A stretch of DNA of 64,000 bases from contig CAYQEU010000001.1 of the NCBI GenBank assembly GCA_964416765.1, forward strand, positions 407,253 to 471,252, given 5' to 3'. A model generated the notes under the pieces. That model was given only the letters and a program-made list of their open reading frames with translations, did no database searches and was not told where the DNA came from. The translations under genes were made by a program, and so were the position numbers. How positions within the stretch are numbered: position 1 is the stretch's first letter; each line of letters opens with the position of its first letter. Shown here one piece after another: positions 62,646 to 64,000 of the stretch. This stretch comes from an uncultured Candidatus Saccharibacteria bacterium. GTDB lineage: Bacteria > Patescibacteriota > Doudnabacteria > UBA920.

Positions 62646-63920
62646 TTATTTTCCGAGGAAATCTAAAGGATTGTAGGTGTAACCGCTGGGGACGGAATAT
62701 GAACCGTAAGTGCTTTGGTAAGCGCCCGGGGTAATAGTAAACCCGTTCGCGTCAAACACGGTGAAGTGCAAATGGAACCCATGGTCAGGACCATACAATA
62801 AGGCGGAAGTATTTCCCGTGTTTCCTTCGTAGCCAACAATGTCACCGCGTTTTACGGTTTGCCCGCTGCTGAGGATAAACTTTTTCATGTGACCGTACAA
62901 AGTGACAATATTGCGGTTGCCGCTTTTAGTCGAAATAGTATGTTTGATAGCGCACCAATTGCCGTACGCGGCGGCGCCAGTAGCGCATTTCACAACAACA
63001 CCATCAGCGGCGGCATAAATAGTAGTCCCTGCGGGACCGGCAAGATCTATTCCGTTATGGAAAGAATAGCCTAAAGAAGTAAAACCGGTGTTGCCGTAAC
63101 CCTGTGTCATGACACCGTTTAATGGCCACGCCAGTACTCCTTTGCTTGCCGCAATGGAATGGTTGCCGCTATTCCGGGCTTTATTATCAAGATTGTAAAT
63201 TTCCTGCTGGATATCAGCCTGTTCACTGCGGGTGCTGTTCAAAACTTGCTGATATTTGCTTTCCTGGCCCTGGGTCTGCTGTAATAACGACTCTTTGGCC
63301 AGACGTTGGTCGTTCAACGCATCCTGGTTTTGACTTAGCTCATCCTTAAGTTCAGAAAGGCGTTGCAACTGCGCTTTGAGGTCGGATTGCTGTTGCTCCA
63401 GTTTTTTCTTAACTTCTTTGATGCGGTTTACCAAATCAAGAACCTGCTTGTTTACGCTCTGAGTGTATTCAACCTGGTCCAAAAACGCGGAAAAATTATC
63501 GCTGCCCATGGTTAGGGTCAGGAAAGAATTGTTATCCAATTCGTTCAGCTGGACTACAAGTTCGGCCAGAATTTTCCGGTTGTCCGCGATTTCCGCTTCG
63601 CGGCGGTCAATTTCCGTTTGCAAATCCTGGATTTGCAGGGTGGTATCGTCGATGCGGGTATTATTAGCCTGGATTTCGAGCTCGGTTGACTGGATCTGGG
63701 AATCATAAATGCCGATCTCATTTTGAAGTGAGGCGCTCTGTCCCCTTAACCGGCCGATATTCTGGTTAAGGCCATTAATCTGATCATTCAGGTTTTTTAG
63801 CTTGTTCTGCAGGTCGGTGCGGGTGTCTGCTCCGGCAGGTGAAATAAATAAAAGGCTCAACCCTAATCCCAGGATTGCCGCCAATATTTTTGTTTTTGTT
63901 TCAGCAAACTTCGATTTCAT
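62646..63920 (-). CDS. Coiled-coil M23 metallopeptidase (EnvC/PcsB-like)
   Basis: Signal peptide, long coiled coil, HNGID, YGH, G.TG, HLHF. Confidence 0.9.
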   Translation of the reverse strand: MKSKFAETKTKILAAILGLGLSLLFISPAGADTRTDLQNKLKNLNDQINGLNQNIGRLRGQSASLQNEIGIYDSQIQSTELEIQANNTRIDDTTLQIQDLQTEIDRREAEIADNRKILAELVVQLNELDNNSFLTLTMGSDNFSAFLDQVEYTQSVNKQVLDLVNRIKEVKKKLEQQQSDLKAQLQRLSELKDELSQNQDALNDQRLAKESLLQQTQGQESKYQQVLNSTRSEQADIQQEIYNLDNKARNSGNHSIAASKGVLAWPLNGVMTQGYGNTGFTSLGYSFHNGIDLAGPAGTTIYAAADGVVVKCATGAAAYGNWCAIKHTISTKSGNRNIVTLYGHMKKFILSSGQTVKRGDIVGYEGNTGNTSALLYGPDHGFHLHFTVFDANGFTITPGAYQSTYGSYSVPSGYTYNPLDFLGK

Positions 63921-64000
63921 GCTTAGTTATTATAGCACAAAATCCGAATTTATGCCAATTTTTAGGTGAATTTAGTTAGAGCGATGCTGCTGCTGAATTT

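Overview
Bacterial chromosomal segment with a compact gene set and CPR-typical families (DUF4012, T4SS-pilin-like proteins, fused PheRS). I infer a Patescibacteria (CPR) genome. From 1 to about 48 kb it is mostly + strand housekeeping: murJ, lepA, a complete F0F1 ATP synthase operon, 5 tRNAs, rmuC/NYN/PIN/UvrD-nuclease, PheRS, gyrB, secE-nusG-rplK..rplA, a dTTP cluster (dcd, tmk, thyA, folA), prfB, ftsEX, rplI, pyrG and rpmA. From about 49 kb it is accessory, with two standout structures. (1) An AT-rich 3.2 kb cassette (54463-57637) lies between a degenerate and a complete dif-like (Xer-type) site that share a 16-bp direct repeat; it carries a two-gene CBASS-like module (TM/Rossmann-like protein plus CD-NTase with an AGS-C-like tail). 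(2) A minus-strand array (57957-63920) holds three genes that share a 430-467 bp near-identical internal pilin-like block but carry different leaders and different predicted cell-envelope hydrolase payloads (SGNH esterase, lytic transglycosylase, M15-like peptidase), next to an M23 peptidase and a stand-alone pilin. No CRISPR array, rRNA, transposase or integrase was seen. All family calls come from motif recognition by eye; no database searches were run.
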